64,000 nt of DNA from contig OZ223264.1 in the NCBI GenBank assembly GCA_965140585.1, positions 544,001-608,000 of the forward strand, in the 5' to 3' direction. This document shows positions 30,813-41,721 of the stretch, piece by piece. The DNA is from Spirochaetia bacterium (GTDB lineage Bacteria; Spirochaetota; Spirochaetia; UBA9216). Position numbers and translations under genes: made by a program. Each line of letters starts with the position of its first letter. The first letter of the stretch is position 1. A model generated the notes under the pieces. That model did not search any database and was not told the DNA's origin. It worked only from the letters and a program-made list of their open reading frames with translations.

Positions 30813-32789
30813 TCAGAAATCCTCAAAATCGGAATCCTGATCGTCCATTAAATCATTATCCATCCTGGTCCCTGAAGTAGGGGAGACAGTATGTTCCGTA
30901 ATTCTCAGTTTCTGCTGTGTCCTGGGCCGGGGGGTAACTGTTGATGGGGGGGTGGGTATATTCTGTGGGTGCTTTATTCCTGAGTTTTCGCTGAGTTCAA
31001 CCTTGAAAAAGCTGATCATTGAGTGTAATTGTTCAGCCTGGCTTGTGAGTTCTTCAGCCATAGATGACGCTTCTTCGGCGGCGGCTGCATTTTGCTGGAT
31101 AACCTGATCGAGTTGAATCATCGCCGTGTTAATTTGTGATGCACCGGTATTCTGCTCATGACTGGATGCGCTTATTTCGGTTACAAGGTCTGCTGTTTTT
31201 TTGATATCAGGAACTATCGCCTTGATAACTTCGCCTGCAGAATTTGCCTTCTTCACACTCTGGGTAGCCAGATCGAGTATTTCGGCAGCTGCTTTCTGGC
31301 TTACTGCAGCAAGTTTACCTACCTCTGAGGCAACTACGGCGAACCCCTTTCCATGTTCACCGGCTCTTGCAGCTTCAATAGCAGCATTAAGTGAAAGCAT
31401 ATTTGTCTGTCTGGCTATTTCTTCAACAATATTTATTTTCTGTGCTATTTCATTCATTGCCTGTACTGCTTCAAGTACGGCATTGCCGCCTTCAGAGGCA
31501 TCGATTGCTGCCTGGGCTGCAATCTTTTCAGTCTGTGAAGCATTGTCTGTATTCTGCTGGATATTTGCTCCCATCTGTTCTACAGAAGCAGAAACCTCCT
31601 CCGCATTTGCCGCCTGTTCCGTTGCTCCCTGTGATAATTGCTCTGCAGTCTGGGCCAGCTGAGAACTGCCTTCGGTTACCTGTGCAGTAGATTCGATTAC
31701 TTCCATTACAACGCCCTTCAAACGCTGCTGCATATCCTGCAGTGTTGATGCAAGGATCCCAATCTCGTCTTTCTGATTAATATTGATTGATGTGTAAAGC
31801 TTCCCTTCAGCTATCTCCTGAGCAAAGACCACACCCTTTTTTACCGGTACAGTTATTGTTCGTGCGAAGAGACTGAAGATTAACAGTGCCATTGCAAAGG
31901 ATATTACACCGACGATGAGAATGGTATTTCTCACTTCATGAACGGGTGCAAGAAACTCAGACTCAGGCAGTGTCAGGAATACTCCCCATCCTGTTCCCGG
32001 TATTGTTGCAAAGCCTGAAGTCTTGTATATCCCCTGGTACAGGTAGGTTTCGTATCCTGTTTCTCCGTTTGAGAATCGTTTATAAATATTTTCCATCCCT
32101 TCAAGTTCTGCAATGCTGGTTTTAAAGATAACTTCTGGATCTGGGTGAGCTATGAAAAGACCGTCGGCCTTTGTCACATAGGCATATCCGGTAGCTCCGA
32201 TTTTTGAATCTTTTATAACCTGCCAGACGAAATCCAGCTTTGCTACCAATGCTGCTACACCTATGATAGTGCCGTCGTAATCAATGATTGGGGCGGCTAT
32301 TGGGATCATTGGATTTCCCGACCCCTTGCTTATGACAGCTTCCCCGATATTGGTTTCGCCTTTAAGCGCTTTCTGCACGTAATCTCTTTCACTCAAATTA
32401 ATCCCGATCATGGATGTGTTTGAGGAAGATACGGCTATTCCGTTGGTGTCAACAGTAACTATATTTTCATAGCTTTGACCGATATCCTCCGTATCTTTAA
32501 TTTTTTTTAATTCATTATTTAGGATATCAAAACTAATCTCCCCAGCATGAGCCTGTATTGTTGTGTCTCCCAGAGCGATGACTCTGATTAATTTTTCTTC
32601 CTTCAGAACCATGTTATTCAGTGATACAGCAAGTTCCTTGGTGCGCATAATAAGCTGTTCATGTTCTACATCTTTTATTCCGTCTGAAGCTTTGTTAAGC
32701 GAAAGAATTCCGCTTAAAAGAAGAGATGTGATGAGTACGATGACTCCAATAAGGATTAGTTTTGTTCCAAGTTTAATGTTCTTCAACAT
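30813..32789 (-). CDS. Methyl-accepting chemotaxis protein, dCache sensor, HAMP, C-terminal pentapeptide DFEDF
   Basis: 2 TMs, GYAYV..DG..IAHP Cache motif, [30 protein letters not shown]; SD GGAGG supports ATG 32789. Confidence 0.95.
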   Translation of the reverse strand: MLKNIKLGTKLILIGVIVLITSLLLSGILSLNKASDGIKDVEHEQLIMRTKELAVSLNNMVLKEEKLIRVIALGDTTIQAHAGEISFDILNNELKKIKDTEDIGQSYENIVTVDTNGIAVSSSNTSMIGINLSERDYVQKALKGETNIGEAVISKGSGNPMIPIAAPIIDYDGTIIGVAALVAKLDFVWQVIKDSKIGATGYAYVTKADGLFIAHPDPEVIFKTSIAELEGMENIYKRFSNGETGYETYLYQGIYKTSGFATIPGTGWGVFLTLPESEFLAPVHEVRNTILIVGVISFAMALLIFSLFARTITVPVKKGVVFAQEIAEGKLYTSININQKDEIGILASTLQDMQQRLKGVVMEVIESTAQVTEGSSQLAQTAEQLSQGATEQAANAEEVSASVEQMGANIQQNTDNASQTEKIAAQAAIDASEGGNAVLEAVQAMNEIAQKINIVEEIARQTNMLSLNAAIEAARAGEHGKGFAVVASEVGKLAAVSQKAAAEILDLATQSVKKANSAGEVIKAIVPDIKKTADLVTEISASSHEQNTGASQINTAMIQLDQVIQQNAAAAEEASSMAEELTSQAEQLHSMISFFKVELSENSGIKHPQNIPTPPSTVTPRPRTQQKLRITEHTVSPTSGTRMDNDLMDDQDSDFEDF

Positions 32790-32817
32790 AGTATCCCTCC
32801 TTCCAGGGTAATTATTT

Positions 32818-32838
32818 TTGTGTGAATTGCTCACACAA
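32818..32838. promoter_or_regulatory. Perfect palindromic operator-like site
   Basis: TTGTGTGA-ATTGC-TCACACAA, 29-49 bp upstream of the MCP start. Confidence 0.6.
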
Positions 32839-33109
32839 CTTTGATATAATCTCAAGTTCTATAATTTATTTTTGGAATACTTTGTTGATATAGATTAATT
32901 TAATCCCTACTAATTTAGTTTTAATTATCGTAATTAATTTTCTAATAGTCAAATTAATTAGTGAAAATACGAAAAAAGCATTAGATAATTTATATATTTG
33001 CATTTTACTTCTGAAGAGTGGGGGGAGTATAATTTTGATAGTTTATATCAATTATTGTAGCTTGCGGACTGTCTACGACAGGGTTAAGATTATTGTTTCG
33101 GGGGGCAAA

Positions 33110-34870
33110 ATGGGTAAAAAGGGAATCTCTTTAAAAACAGTAATTGTATTGCTGTGTATTTTATTACCTACTGTTCCAGTACTGCTTGTAGGTCTGCTTG
33201 AAAATATTGAACTCTTAAAAATTATAATTTTCACAGCTGTTTTTTTTGCAGCCGGTCTTACCTCGGCGTTAATTATTAACACTAGTATTGGGAAATCCGT
33301 TAATGCTGTCCGTCATGTATCCATAGACCTGAAAAAGGCAGAACACGATGAAGGTGAGAACCATATTCTGTACAATGAACTAAGAGTTGTCTCTGAGCAT
33401 TTTGTAAATAATGTTCTTGGAAACGTCCGGAGAATCCTGACAGAAGCAGAGACCTGCCTTGGAACAACCGAAAATATCACCGAGATCCTTGATTATTACT
33501 CAAGGGATATAGGAAAGACCTCTGACGGCATAATTGATGATGTAGGAAAGATTCTTGAAGAGATGTCCGGATTTAAGAAACAGATCATAAGCGTTTCATT
33601 GGCTGTTACAGAGATTCTTGCTACTATAGAAGCACTGGTTGCTCATATTTCAACGCAGAGCAGTGCCATAACTCAGACCTCCGCTGCAATTGAAGAGATG
33701 ACTGCATCAATCAACAGCATTTCAAGGATTTCTGTAGAGAAGTCGAAATCAACCGATTTGTTAATAGATAAAGTAGAGCGGGGAAGGGAAACTATCGTCG
33801 ATTCAAATAATCAGATTAAAGAGATTTCTGCAGATGTCGACGGGATGATGAGCATAATCAGCGTAATCAACAGCATAGCCGCCCAGACCAATCTGCTTGC
33901 CATGAACGCTGCTATTGAAGCGGCACATGCAGGACAGTACGGAACAGGTTTTTCGGTTGTTGCTGATGAAATACGGAAGCTTGCCGAGTCGGCTTCTGTA
34001 AACGCCAAGATTATTGCAGGTTCTCTTAAGGATGTGAATGAGAAGATGGAGCATGTTCTTCATGCCGGAGAGGCCGGTGAAAAATCTTTTCTGGAAGTTG
34101 CAGATAAGGTGATGGATTTTGTTAATGCCTTTACCGAGATATCAAGCAGTACGGCAGAGGTTTCAAGCGGGAGTCGAGAGATTATAAATTCAGTTGGATC
34201 TCTTATACAGATCTCGGAGGAAATTTCGGGAGGTTCCGGAGAAATTGAGGTTAGCGCGAGAGCGATCCATACTTCTATCGATGCCCTGCAGGGTACCTAC
34301 GGGGCAATTCATGAGAAGGTTGCTGTTATTCAGACACGGGGTGAGGATGTTGGTCAGACTCAAGCCGATATGCTTAGAATACAGGGCTGGAATGATACCA
34401 ATATTAGTAAATTTTCTGCTAAGCTGAATAAACTTGAACTTTCCGGTGGAAATACCGCCGCAGGGGAGCGTATAACAGTTAAAGTCTCACAGTTGCTTTC
34501 TTCACATCTATGCTGGCTGAATGTTTCCGGGGCAATAATAACAAATATGGTTTTTCCGGATTGCCCCAAAATGGCTTGTGTCGAAGGTGCTCTTGATAAT
34601 GGAGATATAGACCTTGAGCTTGCAAAAAATTATAAAGGCTGTGTGATGGGTGAATGGTTGTATGGTGAAGGAAAGTTGTTTTTCGGGGACCATCCAATCT
34701 TTAATGATATTCTAAAAGAGCATGAAAAGTTTCACAGCAATATAGTACAGACAGACAGGGACATAAGAGAGGCAGATTTTAACACAGCATTCAGTTCTTT
34801 CAGAACCATCCGGACATCATACAACCGTCTGGTGATGCTTTTTATCGAACTTCTTGGAGAAGGATTCTGA
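33110..34870 (+). CDS. Chemoreceptor with N-terminal TM hairpin and C-terminal CZB zinc-binding domain
   Basis: [20 protein letters not shown]; CZB ligands SHLCW, GCVMGEW, EHEKFH. Confidence 0.9.
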   Translation: MGKKGISLKTVIVLLCILLPTVPVLLVGLLENIELLKIIIFTAVFFAAGLTSALIINTSIGKSVNAVRHVSIDLKKAEHDEGENHILYNELRVVSEHFVNNVLGNVRRILTEAETCLGTTENITEILDYYSRDIGKTSDGIIDDVGKILEEMSGFKKQIISVSLAVTEILATIEALVAHISTQSSAITQTSAAIEEMTASINSISRISVEKSKSTDLLIDKVERGRETIVDSNNQIKEISADVDGMMSIISVINSIAAQTNLLAMNAAIEAAHAGQYGTGFSVVADEIRKLAESASVNAKIIAGSLKDVNEKMEHVLHAGEAGEKSFLEVADKVMDFVNAFTEISSSTAEVSSGSREIINSVGSLIQISEEISGGSGEIEVSARAIHTSIDALQGTYGAIHEKVAVIQTRGEDVGQTQADMLRIQGWNDTNISKFSAKLNKLELSGGNTAAGERITVKVSQLLSSHLCWLNVSGAIITNMVFPDCPKMACVEGALDNGDIDLELAKNYKGCVMGEWLYGEGKLFFGDHPIFNDILKEHEKFHSNIVQTDRDIREADFNTAFSSFRTIRTSYNRLVMLFIELLGEGF

Positions 34871-34904
34871 AGAAAATTTACCTATTCGCCTTTTTTATCC
34901 GGAT

Positions 34905-34932
34905 TCAGAAATAGACCATTTCTTCCGATAAT
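34905..34932 (+). promoter_or_regulatory. Putative sigma28 (FliA)-type promoter
   Basis: TCAG-N15-TCCGATAA upstream of a chemoreceptor gene, followed by SD GGAGG. Confidence 0.55.
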
Positions 34933-34963
34933 ATACCACGGATATATATTCGGAGGTTAATTT

Positions 34964-36760
34964 GTGTCAAAAAAAGGAATCTCGCTCAAATCAGCAATAA
35001 TACTTGTCTGTCTTCTGCTTTCAACACTGCCGCTCATCATTTCAGGATTAGCTGATACCTTTTTCTTCAATATTCAAGAGTGTAATGAAAGCTTCAGTTT
35101 TATAAAAAATGCTGTATTTATAGTTGTTTTTTTTGCTGTCGGTCTTGCCGCTGCACTTCTTCTGGCCGGGAGCCTGGAAAGAGCAATAAGGAATACCCTT
35201 CAGAAACCTGGAGAGTCTTCCGGTAATGAAGATAGCCTGAAGCAGATAAGCGTAAAATACAGAGAGCTGCGGGCGCTCTCTGATTATCTGAATAATGAAC
35301 TTTTAAACGGAATCAATCACACTCTGGCAGAGGCTAAAACCTGTGTTGATGCCAACAGCAACGTGAGCGTGATTCTTCGTGACTATTCAAATGATGTCGG
35401 GAATATTGCCGATGGAATTATACGTGATGTAGGCGGAATCCTGGATGAGATGTCCGGCTTTGAAAATCAGATACTAAGTGTATCTTCCGCTGTTACCCAA
35501 ATTCTCGCTACCATTGAGGCCCTTGTGTCCCACATTACCACCCAGAGCAGCGCTGTTACCCAGACTTCTGCGGCAATAGAGGAAATGACTGCTTCAATAA
35601 ACAGCATCTCCAGAATTTCCGTAGAAAAATCGAAATCTACTGACTTACTTATTGAAAAGGTTGAAAGCGGCAGACATACCATAGTAGATTCCAACACTCA
35701 GATTAAGGAAATATCATCTGATGTCGACGGAATGATGAGTATAATTAATGTAATTAATGGAATTGCCGCGCAGACCAATCTGCTTGCGATGAATGCCGCA
35801 ATTGAAGCTGCTCATGCAGGTCAGTATGGTATGGGCTTCTCGGTTGTTGCCGATGAAATACGAAAACTTGCCGAATCAGCCTCATCCAATGCCAAGATCA
35901 TTGCCGGTTCTCTGAAAGATATGAACGGAAAGATGGATAATGTTCTGCATGCCGGAGAGGCCGGTGAAAAAGCCTTTCTTGAGGTTGCAGACAAGGTAAT
36001 GGAGTTTGTAAACGCTTTTACAGAAATTACCCAGAGTACTGCTGAGGTGTCAACCGGGAGTCAGGAGATAGTCAGTTCTGTGGGATCGCTTATTCAGATC
36101 TCAGAGGAGATTTCAGGCGGTTCCGGTGAAATTGAAATAAGTGCAAGAGAGATTAACAATTCGGTTGAATCTCTTAAGGGCTCATATGGTCTCATTCAGA
36201 ACGAGGTTGCTGTAATTAATTCCAGAGCCAGGGATGTGGCGGAAGCCCAGTCCGATATGATAAAAATTATTGAATGGAACGATTCAAATATCAATACGAT
36301 AACTAGTGATCTGAAGAAATACAATATCAGCGATTCCATAAAGATTTCAAAGGAATCAGAGCTTACGGTTATTATTTCAGAACTGCTGACTACACACCTG
36401 AGCTGGCTTCAGGTCTGCGGTGCGGCAATAAGGCATATGGCTGTTCCTACTGATTCAAAGCTTCGGGGTATTCACGGGGTGGATAATGACGGAAACATTG
36501 ATATCAATAAAGCTTCGGATTACAGAGGCTGCGAGATGGGTGAGTGGTTGTTCGGCGAAGGCAGCAGCTTATTTGGTGGAAATCCGGTTTTTCAAAATAT
36601 TTTGGCTGAACATGAGAAATTCCACAATAATATTGTTAAGACTGCGGAGGATGTTCGGGGGGGCGATTTTAATGTGGCATTCAAATCTTTCAGAAGCATA
36701 AGAACTGCATTTAACAGGATTGTAATTCTGTTTATGGAGCTGCTTAGCGAACTACGCTGA
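34964..36760 (+). CDS. Chemoreceptor with C-terminal CZB domain (tandem paralog)
   Basis: Signalling domain very similar to the upstream gene; THLSW, GCEMGEW, EHEKFH. Confidence 0.9.
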   Translation: MSKKGISLKSAIILVCLLLSTLPLIISGLADTFFFNIQECNESFSFIKNAVFIVVFFAVGLAAALLLAGSLERAIRNTLQKPGESSGNEDSLKQISVKYRELRALSDYLNNELLNGINHTLAEAKTCVDANSNVSVILRDYSNDVGNIADGIIRDVGGILDEMSGFENQILSVSSAVTQILATIEALVSHITTQSSAVTQTSAAIEEMTASINSISRISVEKSKSTDLLIEKVESGRHTIVDSNTQIKEISSDVDGMMSIINVINGIAAQTNLLAMNAAIEAAHAGQYGMGFSVVADEIRKLAESASSNAKIIAGSLKDMNGKMDNVLHAGEAGEKAFLEVADKVMEFVNAFTEITQSTAEVSTGSQEIVSSVGSLIQISEEISGGSGEIEISAREINNSVESLKGSYGLIQNEVAVINSRARDVAEAQSDMIKIIEWNDSNINTITSDLKKYNISDSIKISKESELTVIISELLTTHLSWLQVCGAAIRHMAVPTDSKLRGIHGVDNDGNIDINKASDYRGCEMGEWLFGEGSSLFGGNPVFQNILAEHEKFHNNIVKTAEDVRGGDFNVAFKSFRSIRTAFNRIVILFMELLSELR

Positions 36761-37573
36761 TTATTCGCCTTTGAATTTCGGTTTTCTTTTCTGCTCACGG
36801 GCTGCGATGGCTTCCTCAAAATCATGAGTAGCCATCAGAGATATTGAGAGCTCTTTTTCAATCATCCTCGCATTGTCAATATTTCCATCTACAATGCCGT
36901 GGCTTACTATTTTTTTTACTCCCCTTATAGCCAGCGGCGGCTGATCCAGAAGTCTAATAATTATCATATCAACCTCTTCAAACAGTTTGTCCTTTGGAAA
37001 GACCCTGTTGACTATTCCCCACATGTGGGCTTCATCAGCTGATATTGCTTCTCCGAGAAGTATCATTTCCTTTGCTTTGTTGACAGTAACTTTTCTGGGC
37101 AGCCTTATTGCGCCGCCCCATCCGGGAACCAGCCCCATATTCACTTCGGGCAGTGAGAATTTTGAATCATCAGATGCGTAGATCATATCGCAGCACATTG
37201 CAATTTCAAAACCTCCTCCGATACAGAAGCCGTTTACTGCTGCAACTACCGGTTTGTACATTGATGCAATTGTTTCGCGTATCTCAACTCCGCGCTGGTA
37301 CATGGCTTCCTGTCCGGCCTCGTCAGTAAGTTCTACCAGATTGTCCAGCTGCCCTCCGGAGCTGAATGCCTTGTCGCCATATCCTCGAATGATTATCACA
37401 TGAATTGAATCATCGCCAGCCGCTTCTTTCAGGAATTCAATAAATTCAATCTGCATTACGGTTGATAGGGCATTAAGTTTTTCGGGATTATGAATAATCA
37501 GGTGGAGGACCTCATTATATTTTCCTGATCTCTCAGGGATTATTCTGTCGACTCTGTCAGATGCTTCCTGCAT
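36761..37573 (-). CDS. Enoyl-CoA hydratase/isomerase family protein
   Basis: NAL, KPVVAAVNG.CIGGGFE, LPEV.MGLVPGWGG; both catalytic Glu present. Confidence 0.93.
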   Translation of the reverse strand: MQEASDRVDRIIPERSGKYNEVLHLIIHNPEKLNALSTVMQIEFIEFLKEAAGDDSIHVIIIRGYGDKAFSSGGQLDNLVELTDEAGQEAMYQRGVEIRETIASMYKPVVAAVNGFCIGGGFEIAMCCDMIYASDDSKFSLPEVNMGLVPGWGGAIRLPRKVTVNKAKEMILLGEAISADEAHMWGIVNRVFPKDKLFEEVDMIIIRLLDQPPLAIRGVKKIVSHGIVDGNIDNARMIEKELSISLMATHDFEEAIAAREQKRKPKFKGE

Positions 37574-37579
37574 TATATT

Positions 37580-37624
37580 TCTCCAATTGATTAATCTTCT
37601 ATATATAAGTTAATCAATTGGAGA
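37580..37624. repeat. 15-bp perfect inverted repeat covering the hydratase SD
   Basis: TCTCCAATTGATTAA-N15-TTAATCAATTGGAGA. Confidence 0.85.
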
Positions 37625-37640
37625 GTCAATTTCTATAAAA

Positions 37641-39734
37641 TTATGAATGCAGATCCTCTTTATGAGTCACAAAGCGATCTGCTTCTGTATTTATTTCTCT
37701 CACATAGTCGGTATTCTGAATACTGAGACGATCGATATCCATGATTGCGCTGTTTATTTCGTGAATTCCCATGGCTATTTCTTCAATTCCGGTTCGTGTA
37801 ATCTGCCCAATCTCGTTAAGGTGGGAAACTGCTTCAACCAGCTGACCATTTCCGGCTTTCATTTCCTCTGCTCCGGTACTGACCTCGGTGGAGATAGTGT
37901 TCATCTGGTTCAAACCTTCAAGTATCTGCAGACTTCCGGTGTTTAGTTCCATCACCGATTCACCTATGAAAGAAAACCTCTGGTTAACGTTTACAATTGT
38001 ATCGGTCAGCTCAACAAAGCCCTGGTCTGTTTTTACAGCGGCATTTTTTACAGCATCAATAGATTTTTTTATATCTGTAAGATTCTTGCCTACTATAAGC
38101 GACTGCGCGGCTGCCTGTTCCGCAAGTTTTCTGATTTCATCTGCAACAACAGCGAAACCCTTGCCTGCATTTCCTGCATGAGCAGCTTCTATTGCGGCGT
38201 TCATTGCCAAAAGATTTGTCTGGCTTGATATGTTTGAAATAATTGTATTTGCATGAAGAAGCTGTTCCGACTTGTTTACAATTCCGCTTATTAGCTCAAC
38301 AACCTGAACAAGTGAAGTTTTTCCGGTTTCGGCCGCCCTGTTCATTTCGGCAACATCGTTTTCGGCAGTTCTGATTGTTCCTGAGATGGATGAAATACCG
38401 GCCGTCATCTGTTCTATTGCTGATGAGGACTGGGTTATGCTTGACTTCTGGCTGATAATTGCTCCGCTTAAAGAGTCTATGTTTCGTGCAAGTTCCTCAA
38501 TGGCAGCCGCAGTCTGGGTTGTGCTGGCATACTGTTTCTCTATCTGAACTTTGATGCTGTCGATATTGCTGTTAATCTGGTTTATTGCCGCTGCTGTTTC
38601 GGTAATATTGGCTCCCATGTCGTTACTCGAGACTGAAACCTTTGACAGCTTGTTTTTTACGCTGCTGAGAAAGTCTGAGAAATTTCCAAGCATTATATTG
38701 AAACTGTTAAAGATGCTTGATATTTCATCACTTCCCCTTGTTTCGAGTTTCAGTGTGAGATCTCCGTTGGAAGCATTCAGCAGGTTTTCCTCGATGTGTT
38801 TAATTCTCTTAATGATTACTGATGAGAGTACAAGAAAAAGAATTATGATTATTACTACTACACTTACAAGCGACGATATTATAATAGTCTTCTGAAGTGA
38901 CTGTGAAATTTTAAGCAGGTCGTCATAATATATACTGCAGCTGACAATCCAGGGCAGACTTTCCATAGAGTCAAATGCTGCAACCTTCTGGTCTCCCTGC
39001 CATAGATATTCAATGATGCCTCTTTTTTCGCCGCTGTTCAGAATTTCTCCAATCACACCGTCCCTGTTGTCTTTCATCAGCTGTGAAGCGTCGGGATGCA
39101 TATAAAGAAACCCGTTTTTACCGAAAACGAAGGCATAACCGCCTTCTCCATAGGTTTTATTTAATACATTATTTAAGGAGAACTTATTCAAATCTATCTG
39201 AACAACAACTACCCCTGTAAAAGTTCCGTTAACTATTACAGCTTTTGAAAACTCAAGCAGGAGATTTGATTTGAATGAAACAGGCAGGCTGGATATATAA
39301 GTTTTTGAAGGTTCCGCTTCTGCACGGAAGAATAGTTCTTTTGATGAAATATTTTCAGCTTCAGGTTTATCAGTTCCGGCCGAAGCTATGATAAATCCCT
39401 TTGAATCGGTTATTAAAATATTTCTGATGTAGTCATAATTTTCAGGCATCTGTTTAATAATACTGCCTGTTTCTTTGTAATTCGATGACGCCATACTGGC
39501 TTTGATAGACTGGTTTTCTGCAATAGAGGCGGTTAGCAAAGAAGTTAAAGATATGTTGCTGTCGAGTAATTCTTTAAGCTCCGAGACTCTTCTCTGAAGC
39601 TCCGTACTTTTGTCGGCTTTTGTGATCCTTTTTGCGTTCGAAGAGCTGATTATGGAAATTGAAGTAAAAACAATAACCAGGCAAATCACTACAGCAAGAC
39701 TCAATTTGAGGCTCAACCCTTTTTTAGTTTCCAT
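37641..39734 (-). CDS. Methyl-accepting chemotaxis protein with dCache sensor (spirochaete-type signalling domain)
   Basis: 2 TMs, GYAFV...[27 protein letters not shown]. Confidence 0.94.
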   Translation of the reverse strand: METKKGLSLKLSLAVVICLVIVFTSISIISSSNAKRITKADKSTELQRRVSELKELLDSNISLTSLLTASIAENQSIKASMASSNYKETGSIIKQMPENYDYIRNILITDSKGFIIASAGTDKPEAENISSKELFFRAEAEPSKTYISSLPVSFKSNLLLEFSKAVIVNGTFTGVVVVQIDLNKFSLNNVLNKTYGEGGYAFVFGKNGFLYMHPDASQLMKDNRDGVIGEILNSGEKRGIIEYLWQGDQKVAAFDSMESLPWIVSCSIYYDDLLKISQSLQKTIIISSLVSVVVIIIILFLVLSSVIIKRIKHIEENLLNASNGDLTLKLETRGSDEISSIFNSFNIMLGNFSDFLSSVKNKLSKVSVSSNDMGANITETAAAINQINSNIDSIKVQIEKQYASTTQTAAAIEELARNIDSLSGAIISQKSSITQSSSAIEQMTAGISSISGTIRTAENDVAEMNRAAETGKTSLVQVVELISGIVNKSEQLLHANTIISNISSQTNLLAMNAAIEAAHAGNAGKGFAVVADEIRKLAEQAAAQSLIVGKNLTDIKKSIDAVKNAAVKTDQGFVELTDTIVNVNQRFSFIGESVMELNTGSLQILEGLNQMNTISTEVSTGAEEMKAGNGQLVEAVSHLNEIGQITRTGIEEIAMGIHEINSAIMDIDRLSIQNTDYVREINTEADRFVTHKEDLHS

Positions 39735-39766
39735 AGATAGATGAGATCCTTTTTTTTATTTAAGCA

Positions 39767-39819
39767 TATAAATGAACGAAATGTTTATTTATAATATGGC
39801 TAAACAGGTTAAGTGTCAA
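39767..39819 (-). promoter_or_regulatory. sigma70 promoter of the MCP gene with overlapping palindromic operator (probable TetR site)
   Basis: Minus strand TTGACA(39819-39814)-N17-TATTAT(39796-39791); TATAAATGAAC-N5-GTTTATTTATA at 39767-39793 (1 mismatch). Confidence 0.65.
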
Positions 39820-39923
39820 TGATAAAAAAAATCTGATTAAATTACTAAAAAATTTGGTTAATTTTTATCTTGATAAGAAGTTTGGATCCCCTTATTCTGT
39901 ATCAGAATAATAATGGAGTATTG

Positions 39924-40508
39924 ATGAAGAGAAAACTTGACGAAAATATCATCTACGAAGCCGCGCTTAAAAATTTCGCCAGGTACGGATACAGAAAAAC
40001 CTCGCTTGATGACATAGCATCAGAGCTTGAGATGACAAAGGGTAATCTTTACCGTTATTCGAACAACAAGCAGAGCCTCTATCAGGAGTGTATAAGGTAT
40101 GCTTTATATAAGTGGCTTGAGCATGTCCACGAAACTGTAAAGACTGTTGTCGATCCTGAACAGAAATTAAGAACAATGTGTGAAACCGCTCTTGTTTATC
40201 TGAATGAAAATTCACCGCTGATGGAGATGTTGAGTACGGATGAGAAAATAATGTCTCCGATTTTTAACAGTAATGTTTATAATGATGTATATGAAGATTC
40301 AAGGATAATGATTGCAGAGATTATCAGCAGTGGGGTTGAAGAGGGTGTTTTCAAGGAAGATCTTAAAGTTAAGGAAATCTCGGAGATTATTTATACTCTC
40401 TACCAGACTTTTCTGATGATGGCTTACCGTCAGGGAAAATACAGGTATGTGTCTGATTTCTATTCAGTTACTATCGAACTGCTTCTAAATGGAATAAAAA
40501 CAAAATAA
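39924..40508 (+). CDS. TetR/AcrR family transcriptional regulator
   Basis: AALKNFARYGYRKTSLDDIASELEMTKGNLYRY HTH; SD GGAG. Confidence 0.93.
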   Translation: MKRKLDENIIYEAALKNFARYGYRKTSLDDIASELEMTKGNLYRYSNNKQSLYQECIRYALYKWLEHVHETVKTVVDPEQKLRTMCETALVYLNENSPLMEMLSTDEKIMSPIFNSNVYNDVYEDSRIMIAEIISSGVEEGVFKEDLKVKEISEIIYTLYQTFLMMAYRQGKYRYVSDFYSVTIELLLNGIKTK

Positions 40509-40537
40509 ATTTACAAAATAACTCAGGGGGGAAAAAG

Positions 40538-41644
40538 ATGGGCAAATCAAAGGTATTTTTTGCAGACATGCATGTAACCGGCAGGGAGAATCTTCAGCAG
40601 AAACTTGAAAGACTGATTAAAACCGCAGGTATAGAGGATATTGATTTTTCAAAGAAGTATGCAGCTGTTAAAATACATTTCGGGGAGCTTGGAAACCTCG
40701 CATATCTGCGTCCGAATTATTCTCGTACGGTTGCAGATGTAATTAGGCAGCTGGGCGGCAAGCCTTTTCTAACCGACTGCAATACACTTTACGTCGGCGG
40801 CAGAAAGAATGCCCTTGATCATCTTGATACCGCCTACATAAACGGATACTCTCCGTTTTCGACCGGTTGCCAAATCCTTATTGCCGACGGGCTGAAAGGA
40901 ACTGACGAACAGCTGGTACCTGTTCCTTCCGGTGAGTATGTAAAGGAAGCAAAAATCGGCCGCGCTGTAATGGATGCTGATATAGTGATTTCGCTGAGTC
41001 ATTTCAAGGGGCATGAGCTCGCAGGATTCGGCGGTGCTATCAAAAATATCGGTATGGGCTGCGGTTCCAGGGCCGGCAAGATGGAAATGCACAGTGCCGG
41101 CAAACCGAGTGTAAGAACGGGTGACTGTATAGGCTGCGGTGCCTGCCTGAAGATCTGTGCACACGGTGCGATAAGCATTACCGATAAAAAGGCGTCCATA
41201 AACCATGAAAACTGCGTAGGCTGCGGGATGTGTATCGGCCGCTGTCCTGTTGATGCAATAGAGCCTGTTTTTAATGAGTCAAATTCAGTTCTCAACGCTA
41301 AAATGGCCGAATATACCTGGGCGGTTCTTAATGGACGGCCCCACTTTCATATCAGCCTTGTTGTGGATGTTTCTCCGTACTGTGACTGCCATGCCGAGAA
41401 TGATATACCAATCGTGCCCAATGTCGGCATGTTCGCTTCTTTTGATCCTGTAGCCCTTGATGTGGCCTGTGCCGATGCCGTCAACCGTCAGCCGGTAATA
41501 GCCGGCAGTGTTCTTGAAAAGCATGGAACTGCTCATAATGATCATTTTACTGATGTAAGTCCTGAAACAGACTGGATGACTGCAATAGATCACGCGGTCA
41601 AGCTTGGAATCGGAAGTAAGGAATATGAACTTATTAAGATTTAA
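40538..41644 (+). CDS. DUF362 domain Fe-S protein with 2x[4Fe-4S] ferredoxin domain
   Basis: KIHFGE.GN, SHFKGH, KNIGMG, two CxxCxxCxxxC motifs, CDC, DPVALD. Confidence 0.9.
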   Translation: MGKSKVFFADMHVTGRENLQQKLERLIKTAGIEDIDFSKKYAAVKIHFGELGNLAYLRPNYSRTVADVIRQLGGKPFLTDCNTLYVGGRKNALDHLDTAYINGYSPFSTGCQILIADGLKGTDEQLVPVPSGEYVKEAKIGRAVMDADIVISLSHFKGHELAGFGGAIKNIGMGCGSRAGKMEMHSAGKPSVRTGDCIGCGACLKICAHGAISITDKKASINHENCVGCGMCIGRCPVDAIEPVFNESNSVLNAKMAEYTWAVLNGRPHFHISLVVDVSPYCDCHAENDIPIVPNVGMFASFDPVALDVACADAVNRQPVIAGSVLEKHGTAHNDHFTDVSPETDWMTAIDHAVKLGIGSKEYELIKI

Positions 41645-41661
41645 ACAGCAGACACTACTGT

Positions 41662-41704
41662 AATAAAAAAGGGCTCTCCGGCAATACCGGGAGCCCTTTT
41701 ATTA
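41662..41704. terminator. Bidirectional intrinsic terminator
   Basis: AAAAAA-GGGCTCTCCGG-CAATA-CCGGGAGCCC-TTTT between convergent genes. Confidence 0.85.
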
Positions 41705-41721
41705 TCAGTACGGATTTAATA

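Noticed and set aside
32931-32960. 10-bp inverted repeat TAATTAATTT-N10-AAATTAATTA
   Set aside because: Pure A/T arms in an AT-rich spacer; could easily arise by chance
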